Below are positions 1 through 10,717 of a stretch of 64,000 nucleotides of DNA, piece by piece. Every line of letters begins with the position of its first letter. Position 1 is the first letter of the stretch. A program made the position numbers and the translations under genes. The stretch lies in contig OZ252098.1 in assembly GCA_965248355.1 (NCBI GenBank), forward strand, positions 3,904,001 through 3,968,000, written 5' to 3'. The notes under the pieces are model-generated. The model searched no databases, was not told the DNA's origin, and saw nothing but the letters and a program-made list of their open reading frames with translations. The stretch is from Candidatus Latescibacterota bacterium (GTDB lineage: Bacteria; Latescibacterota; UBA2968; UBA8231).

Positions 1-1422
1 CTCTTCGTGGATGACCACGTCATCGAGGAGCTGGACGGACTTGAGCGGGTCAGCCAGCGGCCCACCAAGCTGGGCCGGCCGGTCCTGGAGGGGACCGAGC
101 CCTGGGAAAAGGCGACCGCCGCCATCATCGGCAATTCCCTGCACTACGACGCTGAAGACGGCCTGTTCAAGGCCTGGTACGACACCGCCGCCGGAGTCGC
201 CTATGCCACGTCGCGGGACGGTCTCCAGTGGGACAAGCCGAGGCTCGGGATTCTCGAGCATGATGGATCCACGGCCAACAACCTGGTGAGCCCCGGCCGG
301 AACTTCAGCGTCGTCAAGGACCCGCGGGCCGATGACCCGGCGCAGCTGTACAAGGCCATGTACTGGCACTCCCGCAGGGACCCCGATGCGCCGTGGGGCG
401 GCAAAGGCCACTTCGTGGCCTGTTCCCCCGATGGCGTGCACTGGACTCCGGAAACGCGGAATCCCGTCATCGACTTTCGCAACGGCCTGACGGACGGCCA
501 GTTCGTCCTGGGCTGGGATCCTGCCCACGGCAAGTAAGTGGCTTACATGCGGCCCAACGTCTACTTCTTCGATCCCAAGAAGAGGACTTCGGCCTGGGTC
601 GCAAGCGACGACTTCATCAACTGGGGCCCGCCGGTCCTGGCGGTTGCGCCCGACGACTCGGACGGGCCCGAGATCGAATACTACCGGATGAGCGTGGCCA
701 GGTACGAGGGCATCTACCTGGGCTTCATCTGGGTCTACCACAACGACGAGGCGGAGTTCGCGGACCAGTCGCGGGACACGGTCCTGGCCGCGAGCCGCGA
801 CGGCATCACCTGGAGCAGGCCCTTCGGGAGCGAGACCTTCCTCGAGACGGGGGCGCCCGGGGACTGGGACTCGCGATGGGCGAGCGTCTGCAACATGATC
901 CCCGTGGGAGATGAGCTGCGGCTCTACTACTCCGGCGCCAACATACCCCACAACGTCCTGGCCGAGGGCGGGGGCCGCGGGTCGGTTCGGGACTGGCCGG
1001 GAAGGGTGATCGACGGCGAGCGCCGGGCCTACGCGGTGGGCCTGGCCAGGCTGCGGCGCGACGGCTTCGCTGCACTCAGAGCGACGGCGGGTGAAGGGAC
1101 GTTGACGACCCGGCCGGTCACCTTCCTCGGCACGACGCTCCACCTGAATGTGGACAGCTCGGGGGGCAGCGTGGAGGTGGAGGTGACGGACGCCGGAGGC
1201 CAACCGCTGGAAGGCTATTCCCGTGCGGACTGCCTGCCCATCTCCACGGACTCGACGGACATGACCGTGAAATGGAGAGGTGAGAAGGACCTCGTACATG
1301 CCACGGACACGGCGTCCGACCTCGGAGGTGACACCCTGGCCTTCAAGTCGCAGCTCAGGAAGCCCGTGCGGCTGAGATTCCATCTCAGGGACGCGAGTCT
1401 GTATTCGTTCCGGGTCTGCTGA
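1..1422 (+). pseudogene. Glycosidase-like beta-propeller protein (GH32/GH130-like), 5'-partial, with in-frame TAA at 535-537
   Basis: Frame open from base 1 (LFVDDHVIE). Asp-box motifs SRDGLQW, SPDGVHW and SRDGITW lie on both sides of a single in-frame stop (HGK*VAYMRP). Confidence 0.7.
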
Positions 1423-2267
1423 TGAAGTTCAGCAGGAAACAATTGGAGCAGTACCGCTTGCGCGGCTACGTCATCGTGGACTGCCCCTTCCCCGAGAGTC
1501 TGACCGAGGAATGCATGGCGGCGGTGGAGAGGGTTGCCCGGGACCCCTCGGAGGGACCGGCGGACGGCAGGAAGAGGAATCACTTTCGACTGCGGCCCCA
1601 GGTGGAAGACTCGTACTGGTGCTCCCTCGATCACTCCCTGCCGTTCATGAAGATCATCCTGCACCCCGAAATCATCGAGCTCGCCCGCCAGCTGAACGGA
1701 GAGAGCGATATCTATCTGCGCAACGGCGGGATCAACGAGCAGGCGCCGGACCGATCGGTGGGGTGGCACATCGACGGCGGGCCCGAGTGGGCGGAGTTCA
1801 TGCACTACTTCTCCGGGGCTTCGCGGGAGAACGGGTGTCTGCGCATCGTGCCGGGCAGTCACAGGGGGCCGCCCACCGCTCTCGAGGAGAAGGCGGCCCG
1901 CCTCAGAGATGAACGTGGCATTCCCGGCTCCCAGGCCGATGACGGCTGGGAGGATGTCCCCCTCGACGAAGAGATCTCCCTGGAGGTGGAGCCCCACCAG
2001 TTGGTCGTGCGCCACTCGAGACTGTTTCACTCGACCTGGCTCAACCGGACGGATGACGGCCGGTACATGAGTCACTGGCTGTTCCACCCCCACACGATCG
2101 ACAACCATCGCTTCACCTGGGGGGACTACCTGACCCCGGAGCTGCTCGATGCGCTGAGTCCCGAGCAGCGGGAGGTGCTGTGGCTGGAGCGGGACTTCGC
2201 CATCGATCCCGCGTACGACCGCGAGCGGTCGCGCGAGTTGGGCCGGGTGACGTGGGGCATGAGATGA
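1422..2267 (+). CDS. Phytanoyl-CoA dioxygenase (PhyH) family protein
   Basis: WHID, NGCLRIVPGSH and distal LFHS motifs; TGATG coupling to upstream gene. Confidence 0.9.
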   Translation: MKFSRKQLEQYRLRGYVIVDCPFPESLTEECMAAVERVARDPSEGPADGRKRNHFRLRPQVEDSYWCSLDHSLPFMKIILHPEIIELARQLNGESDIYLRNGGINEQAPDRSVGWHIDGGPEWAEFMHYFSGASRENGCLRIVPGSHRGPPTALEEKAARLRDERGIPGSQADDGWEDVPLDEEISLEVEPHQLVVRHSRLFHSTWLNRTDDGRYMSHWLFHPHTIDNHRFTWGDYLTPELLDALSPEQREVLWLERDFAIDPAYDRERSRELGRVTWGMR

Positions 2268-3544
2268 CGCCCTGGGAAGAGAACATTCAGCAGGCGAGGG
2301 CGGTGGCGCTCGAGATCCTGAAACCGGCGCCCGAGCAGTTGGAGCGCGGGCTGGCCCTGCACCGGGATGCCATCGTGTGCGAGTCGTACAGCCTCGGGCT
2401 GCAGGCGCCGGTCGACGGCGAGGCCGTGGCGCAGGCCGTGGAGTCGGGGGCGTCGGAGGTCGAGCTGCAGTACCTGTCGGAGCAGATGCGGATGACGCGC
2501 TGGGCCTGCGACGACGAGCTGAAGGCCGAGTACCTGGGGGCCTGGGAGGCGTCCGGGGTGACCTGCGCCTTCCAGAACACCGGCGAAGAGGGCAACGACC
2601 CCATGCGCATGCTGGGGCGGCTGGCGCACTACACCCATCTGACGGACCGCATGCGCGACCACGTGGCCCGCGCCCCCTTCCCCGACGACATCGTCGCCGC
2701 CAAGACGGCCGGCCGGCACTGCATCTATCAGACCTGCAACGGCGTGCCTCTCCCCGGCGAGCAGGCCACGGTGGAGCAGGAGCTGCGCTTCATCAGCCTG
2801 CTCTTCGAGCTCGGCTGCCGCATGATGCACCTGACCTACAACCGCCGCAATCCGATCGGCGACGGCTGTGCCGAGCCGGCCAACGCCGGTCTGAGCGAGT
2901 TCGGCCGCGCCGTGATCGCCGAGATGAACAAGGTCGGCGTGATCATCGACGTGGCCCACTCCGGCTGGCGGACCTGCCTGGAGGCGGCCGAGGCGTCGGC
3001 CAGGCCGATCGTGTCCAGCCATTCGGCCTGCGCGGCCTTGAACCACCACCACCGCTGCAAGCCGGACGACGTGATGCGGGCCATCGCCGGCAAGGGCGGG
3101 ACCCTGGGCATCACCAACGTGCCGGCCTTTCTCGGCGGCAGCGGCTGCATCGACGCCATGCTCGACCACGTCGACCACGCGGTGAAGGTGGTCGGCGCCG
3201 ATCACGTGACCATCGGCACGGACCGAGCCTACGTCAGCTGCCGGGCCGGGGAGGAGAACGCCAAGGTCCGGGGGCGGCGGGGAGTCCGCCGGCGCTGGGA
3301 GGCGTTGTGGCCGGCCGACGATCCCGTGCAGCGGCCCGAGTGGCGCCAGGACCGCATGGTCCGGAGCCTGGCGTGGACGAACTTCCCGCTCTTCACCGTC
3401 GGCCTGGTGCAGCGGGGTCATGCCGATGAAGACATCCGCAAGATCCTCGGCGGCAACATCCTCAGAGTCGCCCGGGAGGTCCTGGGAGAGCATCGAGAAG
3501 ACCGGGGCGAGGCCGCCTCCGCGGCCCCATCGGAGGCGAACTGA
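2264..3544 (+). CDS. Membrane dipeptidase (peptidase M19) family protein
   Basis: MHLTYNRRNPIGDGC, IIDVAHSG, SSHS, HVTIGTD and KILGGN motifs; ATGA overlap. Confidence 0.9.
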   Translation: MTPWEENIQQARAVALEILKPAPEQLERGLALHRDAIVCESYSLGLQAPVDGEAVAQAVESGASEVELQYLSEQMRMTRWACDDELKAEYLGAWEASGVTCAFQNTGEEGNDPMRMLGRLAHYTHLTDRMRDHVARAPFPDDIVAAKTAGRHCIYQTCNGVPLPGEQATVEQELRFISLLFELGCRMMHLTYNRRNPIGDGCAEPANAGLSEFGRAVIAEMNKVGVIIDVAHSGWRTCLEAAEASARPIVSSHSACAALNHHHRCKPDDVMRAIAGKGGTLGITNVPAFLGGSGCIDAMLDHVDHAVKVVGADHVTIGTDRAYVSCRAGEENAKVRGRRGVRRRWEALWPADDPVQRPEWRQDRMVRSLAWTNFPLFTVGLVQRGHADEDIRKILGGNILRVAREVLGEHREDRGEAASAAPSEAN

Positions 3545-4551
3545 TGTACCAGCATCTGGACCGCATCACTCTCAAATCGGGTGAAGCCGTAGAGGCCGGC
3601 GTCGTGCAAGGCCCTGATCTCCAATGGGCCGCCCGCATCGAGACCCTGCTGAGCCACAAGGGCCCACCCTGGCGCTGGGGCAACGAGCAGGTCCTGCGCA
3701 CGGGGACCGGCCTCGGCGTCTTCTTCTACCTGGTGCTGCGCGATGGCGTTCCCTTTGCCAACATGATGACCATCGAATCCCGGGGGGTGGGCCTCCTCGG
3801 CCACGTCTACACCCGCCCCGAGGACCGCCGCCAGGGTGCCGCCATGCAGCTGCTGGCCCGCCTCATGGACCACTTCCGCCAGCGCGGCGGACAGGCGCTC
3901 TTCCTGGGCACGGGGTACGATGCTCCGCCCTATTACATATATAGAGCCCACGGTTTCGCCGGGGTCGAGCCGGAAAGCGGCCAGATGGCCTACTACAGCA
4001 CCTCCGAGGAGGAATTCGCCAGGACCTTCTTCGCCCCGGGTCCCACGGCCATGGAGCCGGCTGGCTGGCTGCACTGGCCCGCCTCGATCCCCCTGTTCAT
4101 TGGGGCTTTCCCGGGAGTCGTGCGCGCCGCCGGCCTGGACCTGCTGGGCCGCCGCTCCACCGAGGGGCCCCTGCTGCCCCTGCTGCAGGACAGCGTGGAG
4201 CGCAGCGCGAGCGGCCGGCCGCCCCGGGCCCTGGCCCTGGTGCAGGAAGCCACCCGCGCCGTGGCGGGTTGGGCCATGTTGTCGGATCACCCGCTGTGGC
4301 CCGAGGCCTGCCTGGTCGACCTGTACTGCCACCCGGACTTCTGGGACGAGGGGACGGCCTTGCTCCAGGGGCTGGAGATCCCCGCAAGGCACACGTGCGT
4401 GGCCTGCTGCGATGCTGGTCAGCGCGAGAAGGCCGCCGCCCTGGCTGCGGCTGGCTTCCGTTGCAGCGCTACTTTGAGTCAGAGGGTGGCCGCCGACCGC
4501 AGGCAATCGAGTTGGGTTGACGTGGAGGTGTGGGAGAGTCACCGTGGATGA
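3544..4551 (+). CDS. GNAT family N-acetyltransferase
   Basis: GHVYTRPEDRRQGAA acetyl-CoA binding motif. Confidence 0.8.
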   Translation: MYQHLDRITLKSGEAVEAGVVQGPDLQWAARIETLLSHKGPPWRWGNEQVLRTGTGLGVFFYLVLRDGVPFANMMTIESRGVGLLGHVYTRPEDRRQGAAMQLLARLMDHFRQRGGQALFLGTGYDAPPYYIYRAHGFAGVEPESGQMAYYSTSEEEFARTFFAPGPTAMEPAGWLHWPASIPLFIGAFPGVVRAAGLDLLGRRSTEGPLLPLLQDSVERSASGRPPRALALVQEATRAVAGWAMLSDHPLWPEACLVDLYCHPDFWDEGTALLQGLEIPARHTCVACCDAGQREKAAALAAAGFRCSATLSQRVAADRRQSSWVDVEVWESHRG

Positions 4552-4570
4552 GAAAGGACGGCAAGAGCAA

Positions 4571-5983
4571 ATGGCCGAGCTTCAGCTCCTGACCGATGAC
4601 CAGATGCGGCAGTTCATCGTCAACGGGTACGTGGTCGTGCGCCCCGAGCTGGACGCCGGCCTGCACGAGAGGATCTTCGACGAGACCGAGGCGGTCTTCG
4701 AGAAGGAAGGCAACCCGGGCAACAACCTCCTGCCGAGGATCCCGGCGGTGCAGCAGATTCTCGACTCCCCCGAGGTCCGGGGAGGGCTGACCAGCATTCT
4801 CGGAGAGGGCTACTACACGCAGCCGCACCGCCACTGCCACTTCAATCCGCCCGGCAGCCAGGGGCAGGACCTGCACCAGGACGGCGGCAGCCGGTGGTCC
4901 CACCACACGCGCCGGATCCTGCTGTTCTACTACCCCCAGGACACGACGGAGGAGCTGGGCCCGACGGCGATCGTGCCCGGAAGCCACTACTACGCTACCA
5001 GGGAGGGCGTGGCCGCTTCCGGCGAGTTGCCGCTGTGCGGCCAGGCCGGGACCGTGGCGATCGTCCACTACGACCTTTTCCACCGGGCCACCCCGAACCG
5101 CAGCGACCGCAATCGCTACATGATGAAGTTCCTCTTCGCGCGCACGGCGGAGCCCAGGTCGCCCAGTTGGCGCAACGAGGGACCCGCCTGGCCGGCGGAC
5201 GGGAGTGCGCTGGACCCCGACCCTCCGGGGGGGCCTGATCGCAGGATGCACGAGCACGTCTGGGATTGGCACTGCGGCAGGACCACGAACGGGACGGCAC
5301 AAGACGGGCAGCCCGTGGCCGCGGACCCGGCGGAAGGGGTGGCGGAGCTGCTGGCGGGGATGGAGGACGGCTGCGAGGCCGACAGACTGCGCGCCGCCTA
5401 TGCCCTGAGCGGAGCCGGCTCGGCCGCGGCCCCGGGGTTGACGCGGCTGCTGCGCGCCGATTCCCAGGAGTTGAGACGCAACGCCTGCCACGCTCTGAGC
5501 GCCATCGGAGAGGCGGCCGTGGGCCCCCTGATCGACTCGCTGCAGGGCGGCGCCGCCGAGCACGAGCGCGCCGAGGCGGCCGAGACCCTTGGGGACATCG
5601 GTCTGGCGGCGGGGCCGGCCATACCGTCCCTGACGGGGCGGTTGCGGGACGAATCGCCCCAGGTCCGCGCCCAGGCCGCCGAGGCGCTGGGGACGATCGC
5701 CCAGACCGACGCCGCTGCCGCCCCGGCGCTGGCCGAGACGCTCGGCGACGAGAGTGACCTCGTGCGTCGCAACGCTGCCTTCTCGCTGGTCCGGCTGGGG
5801 CCGCACGCGGAGGCGGCGATTCCGGCCCTGGGGGACGTTCTCTACGACGAGGACAGGTACGTGCGCGGCGATGCCGCGCAGGCCCTGCTGAGGATAGGTA
5901 CCCGGCAGGCCTGGGAGGCGGTGCGGCCGTTCCTCGAGACCTCGAGGTGGTGCCCCCTGACAACGAGGGAGAGCACCTACTAG
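4571..5983 (+). CDS. PhyH dioxygenase fused to C-terminal HEAT/PBS-lyase repeats
   Basis: LHQD, GPTAIVPGSH and LFHR motifs, followed by repeats such as LRDESPQVRAQAAEALG and LYDEDRYVRGDAAQAL. Confidence 0.88.
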   Translation: MAELQLLTDDQMRQFIVNGYVVVRPELDAGLHERIFDETEAVFEKEGNPGNNLLPRIPAVQQILDSPEVRGGLTSILGEGYYTQPHRHCHFNPPGSQGQDLHQDGGSRWSHHTRRILLFYYPQDTTEELGPTAIVPGSHYYATREGVAASGELPLCGQAGTVAIVHYDLFHRATPNRSDRNRYMMKFLFARTAEPRSPSWRNEGPAWPADGSALDPDPPGGPDRRMHEHVWDWHCGRTTNGTAQDGQPVAADPAEGVAELLAGMEDGCEADRLRAAYALSGAGSAAAPGLTRLLRADSQELRRNACHALSAIGEAAVGPLIDSLQGGAAEHERAEAAETLGDIGLAAGPAIPSLTGRLRDESPQVRAQAAEALGTIAQTDAAAAPALAETLGDESDLVRRNAAFSLVRLGPHAEAAIPALGDVLYDEDRYVRGDAAQALLRIGTRQAWEAVRPFLETSRWCPLTTRESTY

Positions 5984-6099
5984 GCCGGTCTCTCGCGGAT
6001 ATAGCACGGTCAAAGCGGGCGATGCGGTACCTTCCCTTGATGGCCAACCCGCCTGATGGCCAACCCGCCGGTGACGATCCCTCACATGGAGGTTTGCCC

Positions 6100-7584
6100 A
6101 TGCCCGTCCCTCGGTTCACAACCCTCTTCGCCCTTGTCCTGGGAGTTGCGATGACCGCCTCGGCAGAGACCAGTGATCGACCGGCGGACTTCGGCAAGCG
6201 CTGGGTGCGGTCCCATCCGTTCACGATCATGGCCCTGACCCAGCGCCCCGCGGCGGTGCAGGACGACCGCTACGCGGAGGTCGGCTGCAACACCATGCTG
6301 GCGTGGAAGCGCTGGGAAAGACTGGCCCCGGCGGCGCAGCGCATGGGCATCCCCTACCACTGCCACCTCAGCAAGGGGCTGCTCGGCGGCGAGCTGATGC
6401 GCGCCAGGCGCCATGAGTACGAGGAGATGGACCCCGCTCAGAAGGCAGCGGCCATGGAGGCCAGCCGCCCCGACCCCATGGGGGACGAGCTGCGAACGCG
6501 TATCGATCAGCTGGTGGACAGCTATCCGGGAGCCGAGGGGTTCATCGTCTGGGACGAACCGAAGCGCCCGTCCATGAAGACGGCGGGGAAGGTCGTCTCC
6601 TGGCTCAAGGAGAGATTCCCCGAGACCCTCGTCTATTCCAACGCCTACCCGTACGGCGCGCAGACCGGCAAGTACTTCGGCGGCCGATGGGAGGGCCCCG
6701 GCACCTACCAGGAACCCACCATCCCCTACGACTACGCCCAGTACCTGCGCGATCTCGTGCAGATCATCGGGTCCGACCTGGTGATGGTCGACGTCTACCC
6801 CTACAAGCTGCCGCCGGAGGGCATCGAGGCCGAGTACCTGCACAAGAGCTACTTCAAGTGCCTTGCCGATACCCGGCGCGTCGGCCTGGAGCTGGACGTG
6901 CCCTACTGGATCTTCGTCCAGGCCTACGGCAAGGAGCGCTACAGGCGCATGCCGAGCGAGTCGGACCTGAGGATGCAGCTCTTCGCGTCCCTGACCCTCG
7001 GCTTCACGGGGATCTCGTACTTCACGTACGACCACGTCTTCGACGGGGCCCTGCTGCGGGGCGAGGACACCCACGAGACCACGGACCTGTACCGGCATGC
7101 GGCCCGTGCCAGCGTGGAGGTGGCCAACCTCGGCCGAACCCTGCGGTTCCTCACCAGCACCGACGTGCGCTTCGTCGCCGGCCACAGCACGGCCGACAGC
7201 AGGACCGATTTCAACCTGACCCCCCACGGGCTGGTGGCGCACGATCCACGCAAGCCGGTCGGGCCGATTCAGGAGATCGCCCTCTCCGTGGCCGGCCCCG
7301 GGCAGGACGCCCTGATCGGTCTCTTTCGGGACGACGACGGCGGCGCCTACCTCATGGTGACCAACCTCTACCGGTCCGCGGGCGTGGGGGCCGACGACGC
7401 CCACCAGGAGGTGACGTTGACCTTTGATCCGGCTGTCGAGCGGCTGCACCGGTTGCACCGGGAGACCGGGGCCGTTGAAGCAGTCGTTCTGGATGACCAT
7501 CGCGTGACCATCACCCTGCCCGCCGGCACGGGCGACCTGTTCAGCATCGACGACGCGGTCTTCCCCGGCCTCGGGGACGGCTGA
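6100..7584 (+). CDS. Secreted glycoside-hydrolase-like hypothetical protein
   Basis: GGAGG RBS, signal peptide, FIVWDEP and VDVYPY motifs typical of TIM-barrel GH-like proteins. Confidence 0.65.
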   Translation: MPVPRFTTLFALVLGVAMTASAETSDRPADFGKRWVRSHPFTIMALTQRPAAVQDDRYAEVGCNTMLAWKRWERLAPAAQRMGIPYHCHLSKGLLGGELMRARRHEYEEMDPAQKAAAMEASRPDPMGDELRTRIDQLVDSYPGAEGFIVWDEPKRPSMKTAGKVVSWLKERFPETLVYSNAYPYGAQTGKYFGGRWEGPGTYQEPTIPYDYAQYLRDLVQIIGSDLVMVDVYPYKLPPEGIEAEYLHKSYFKCLADTRRVGLELDVPYWIFVQAYGKERYRRMPSESDLRMQLFASLTLGFTGISYFTYDHVFDGALLRGEDTHETTDLYRHAARASVEVANLGRTLRFLTSTDVRFVAGHSTADSRTDFNLTPHGLVAHDPRKPVGPIQEIALSVAGPGQDALIGLFRDDDGGAYLMVTNLYRSAGVGADDAHQEVTLTFDPAVERLHRLHRETGAVEAVVLDDHRVTITLPAGTGDLFSIDDAVFPGLGDG

Positions 7585-7594
7585 CTCCACGGGT

Positions 7595-8785
7595 ATGAGG
7601 AAGCTCCGGGACGGCCTGAGCGAACGGACCCTCGCCTTCGAGCCGGGCTTCGAGGCGCACGGCGAGGTCGTGTGCCGCACCTTTCAGCCATCGTACGTCG
7701 TCATGGGCGACGGCACCCTGCTCGCCTTCTGCCAGGGGCGGTTCGGCGAAGGCCGCGACGACGATCCGAAGGTCGTCCTCATGAGCAGGAGCGACGATTG
7801 GGGCGCCACATGGTCGCGGGCGAAGGCCGTCTCGGGCCGGCTCACTCACTACGCCATGTCGGCGTACCTCTCAAAACGCGATGGACGGGAGCGCGTCTCC
7901 GTCCTGACCATGGTCGACTTGCGAGGCACGGAGGATCTCTACGGCAACGACCATGGCGCGATGCGGGAGCGGACCGGCATCGATATCGACGCCGTGGGGC
8001 GCGATACCCCGATGGTGCTGTGCCGGTTCGACTCCGACGACGGCGGAGATAGCTGGACAAGGGAGACGCTGCTCGGGGAGCGGTCGCCCCTGAACCGGCG
8101 GTATGCCGATGGGACGCTGATCATGTTCAACCCCGTGGGTCAGGTCCACGCGATTCCCGAGGGTCCCCACCGAGGCCGGTACATCCTCGGCGGCCCCGTC
8201 ACCGTCGTCCCCGAGGGAGAAGCCGTCAGCGACTACTTCCGCGACCATCCTCAGTCCGGCTCCGCCGTCATCTACAGTGACGATCAGGGCGAGACCTGGC
8301 GCACCGACGGCTTTCTCACCGACTACCTGGCCAACGAAGCTTCCGCTGTCTCGGTCCGACAGGGCGAGGAACTGCTGCTCGTGCGCAGGCTGAATCCACC
8401 GGACAGGTTCGAAGAGCGATCCCTCCCCGGGCAGGTGAGCCCTGGCCCGATGCGCCGCCTGGCCCACACCTCGGACGACTTCGGCAGGACCTGGTCGCGG
8501 CCCTTCCTGGTCGACATCAGCGGCGTCCTCTGCCACGGCACACTGGCCCGCTGCGGCCTGCGCCTGCTGTTCTCCATTCCCAATGGCTCCGGGCGCCGGC
8601 GCGGCGCCATCTATTTCAGCGACGACGAAGGCCGGAGCTGGCGCCACAAGGTCATCGAGTCAGGGACCTTTTCGTACAGCACCGTGGGCACTCTGAATGA
8701 ATCCCAGTACATCACCCTGTATGCGCGCGGCTCCATGGGGCAGGATGGAGTCGGATGCCGCGTCTTCGAGGACGAGTGGCTATGA
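7595..8785 (+). CDS. Sialidase/BNR (Asp-box) repeat protein
   Basis: Five SDDxGxxW Asp-box repeats. Confidence 0.85.
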   Translation: MRKLRDGLSERTLAFEPGFEAHGEVVCRTFQPSYVVMGDGTLLAFCQGRFGEGRDDDPKVVLMSRSDDWGATWSRAKAVSGRLTHYAMSAYLSKRDGRERVSVLTMVDLRGTEDLYGNDHGAMRERTGIDIDAVGRDTPMVLCRFDSDDGGDSWTRETLLGERSPLNRRYADGTLIMFNPVGQVHAIPEGPHRGRYILGGPVTVVPEGEAVSDYFRDHPQSGSAVIYSDDQGETWRTDGFLTDYLANEASAVSVRQGEELLLVRRLNPPDRFEERSLPGQVSPGPMRRLAHTSDDFGRTWSRPFLVDISGVLCHGTLARCGLRLLFSIPNGSGRRRGAIYFSDDEGRSWRHKVIESGTFSYSTVGTLNESQYITLYARGSMGQDGVGCRVFEDEWL

Positions 8786-9897
8786 AGATCACCGACGTGA
8801 CCATCGACTGCTACGCCTGGCCGCGGCCGAAGCCGATCAGCAACGGCAAGTACACCTACAGGACGGTGGTGCTCAACCTCGTGCACGTGCACACCGACGA
8901 AGGGCTGTCGGGGATCGGCTGGGGCGGAGGCACCGCGGCCACCCGGCCCGGAGCCGTGGGCGAGGCCATGGTGGCCCACTTCCGGGAGGCCGTGATCGGC
9001 GAGGATCCCTTCGCCTACCGCCGCATCTGGGCGAACATGTGGCTGCCCAAGATCGTCGGGCGCCGGGGCATGTCGACGCACATCATCAGCGCCATCGACA
9101 TCGCCCTGTGGGACCTGATGGGGAAGGCCCTGGGGAAGCCGGTGCACAAGCTGCTCGGCGGCTTCACCGACCGCATCCCCGCCTACGTCGCCGGGGGCTA
9201 CTACGAGGAGGGGAAGGGGCTGAAGGAGCTGGCCCGGGAGATGGAGGAGAGCCTCGATCTCGGCGCCAGGGCGGTGAAGATGAAGGTGGGGGCCGTTCCC
9301 ATAAACGAGGATGTCGAGCGGGTGCGGGTGGTGCGCGAGGCGATCGGCCCCGACATCAAGCTCCTCGTCGACGCCAACAACGCCTATGCCGCGTACGAGG
9401 CGATCGAGCTGGCCAGAAAGATGGAGTCCTTCGACGTCTTCTGGTTCGAGGAGCCCGTGGCCCCCGACGACTACCGCGGCCACGCCCAGGTCGCCAGGGC
9501 GACGGCGATCCCCATCGCCACCGGCGAGAACGAGTACACCCGCTACGGCTTCCGCGACCTCATCGAGCACGACTCGGCCGCCATCTTCAACGCCGACGCG
9601 CAGATCCTCGGGGGCGTCACCGAGTTCATGAACGTCGCGGCCCTGGCCGCGGCGCAGGACCTGCGCATCGCCCCCCACGGCGCCCAGGAGATCCACATCC
9701 ACTTGGTGGCGGCGATCGCCAACGGGCTGATCCTCGAGTTCTACCGCGAGACCGTCGACCCCCTCCGGGGCCGCATCTTCAAGGAGCCGCTGAAGCTCGA
9801 CGCCGAGGGCTGCGTGGCCGTGCCGGACCGGCCCGGCCTGGGGATGGAGCCGGACTACGAGCTGTTGGAGCAGTACCGGGAAGGCCGCCATGCCTGA
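8782..9897 (+). CDS. Mandelate racemase/muconate lactonizing enzyme family protein
   Basis: SAIDIALWD, KMKVG, VDAN, WFEEP and ATGENE motifs. Confidence 0.93.
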   Translation: MKITDVTIDCYAWPRPKPISNGKYTYRTVVLNLVHVHTDEGLSGIGWGGGTAATRPGAVGEAMVAHFREAVIGEDPFAYRRIWANMWLPKIVGRRGMSTHIISAIDIALWDLMGKALGKPVHKLLGGFTDRIPAYVAGGYYEEGKGLKELAREMEESLDLGARAVKMKVGAVPINEDVERVRVVREAIGPDIKLLVDANNAYAAYEAIELARKMESFDVFWFEEPVAPDDYRGHAQVARATAIPIATGENEYTRYGFRDLIEHDSAAIFNADAQILGGVTEFMNVAALAAAQDLRIAPHGAQEIHIHLVAAIANGLILEFYRETVDPLRGRIFKEPLKLDAEGCVAVPDRPGLGMEPDYELLEQYREGRHA

Positions 9898-10717
9898 CAG
9901 CGCCATTCGCCCCGGTGAGCCGTTCACCGCACAAGAGACCGAACGCCTGGTCTCGCGGTTCCAGCGCGAGGGCTACTGCGACCTCGGACCGGTCCTGGAG
10001 ATGGAGGAGGTCGAGACCCTCCACGAGGACCTGCAGCGCAAGTGGGACGATCCCGCCATGCACGAGCCCGAGCGCGATCAGATCCGCGGCCGCAGCCTCA
10101 TGCGCATGTTCGAGTACTCCACGGCCTTCCGCGACCTCCTCGTCCGCGAGCCCTTCGCCAGCCTCGCCGAGGCGCTCCTCGGGGCGGACTGCCACTGCAT
10201 GTCCCAGAACGCCCTCTACACCCCTCCCGATCCCGACGCCGTCACCGACGGCCCCGGCGGCTGGCACATCGACGACCTCATCCACTTGCCGCTGCCGCCG
10301 CACATCCCCCGCCACTCTCCCGACGTGCCGCTGCCCTGCTTCGTGATGCAGATCTTCACGCCCCTCACCGACGTGGAGGAGCTGCGGCACGGCCCCACGC
10401 AGATCGTCCCGGGGAGCCACTACGCCGGGCGCCAGCCCGGCGTGCAGGACCAGCCCACCTTCGACGGCCACGGCCCCCACTCCTTCCTGGCCCGCCGCAC
10501 CCACGCCTACATGTTCAACAACCAGGTCTGGCACCGCGGCGCCCCCAACACCTCGGACCGCACCCGCCTCATGGGCGGCGTCACCTACAGCAAGCGGTTC
10601 GTCTCCCAGAAGTTCTACCCCTTCATCGACTACCGCGTGCCCGGCCACGTCTGGGAGGGCGCCTCGCCGCGGCTGCAGCGCATGCTCGGACGGCACGCCA
10701 AGGGCGCGTACGGGTGA
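9890..10717 (+). CDS. PhyH family dioxygenase
   Basis: GWHIDD, GPTQIVPGSH and WHRG motifs. Confidence 0.9.
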   Translation: MPDSAIRPGEPFTAQETERLVSRFQREGYCDLGPVLEMEEVETLHEDLQRKWDDPAMHEPERDQIRGRSLMRMFEYSTAFRDLLVREPFASLAEALLGADCHCMSQNALYTPPDPDAVTDGPGGWHIDDLIHLPLPPHIPRHSPDVPLPCFVMQIFTPLTDVEELRHGPTQIVPGSHYAGRQPGVQDQPTFDGHGPHSFLARRTHAYMFNNQVWHRGAPNTSDRTRLMGGVTYSKRFVSQKFYPFIDYRVPGHVWEGASPRLQRMLGRHAKGAYG

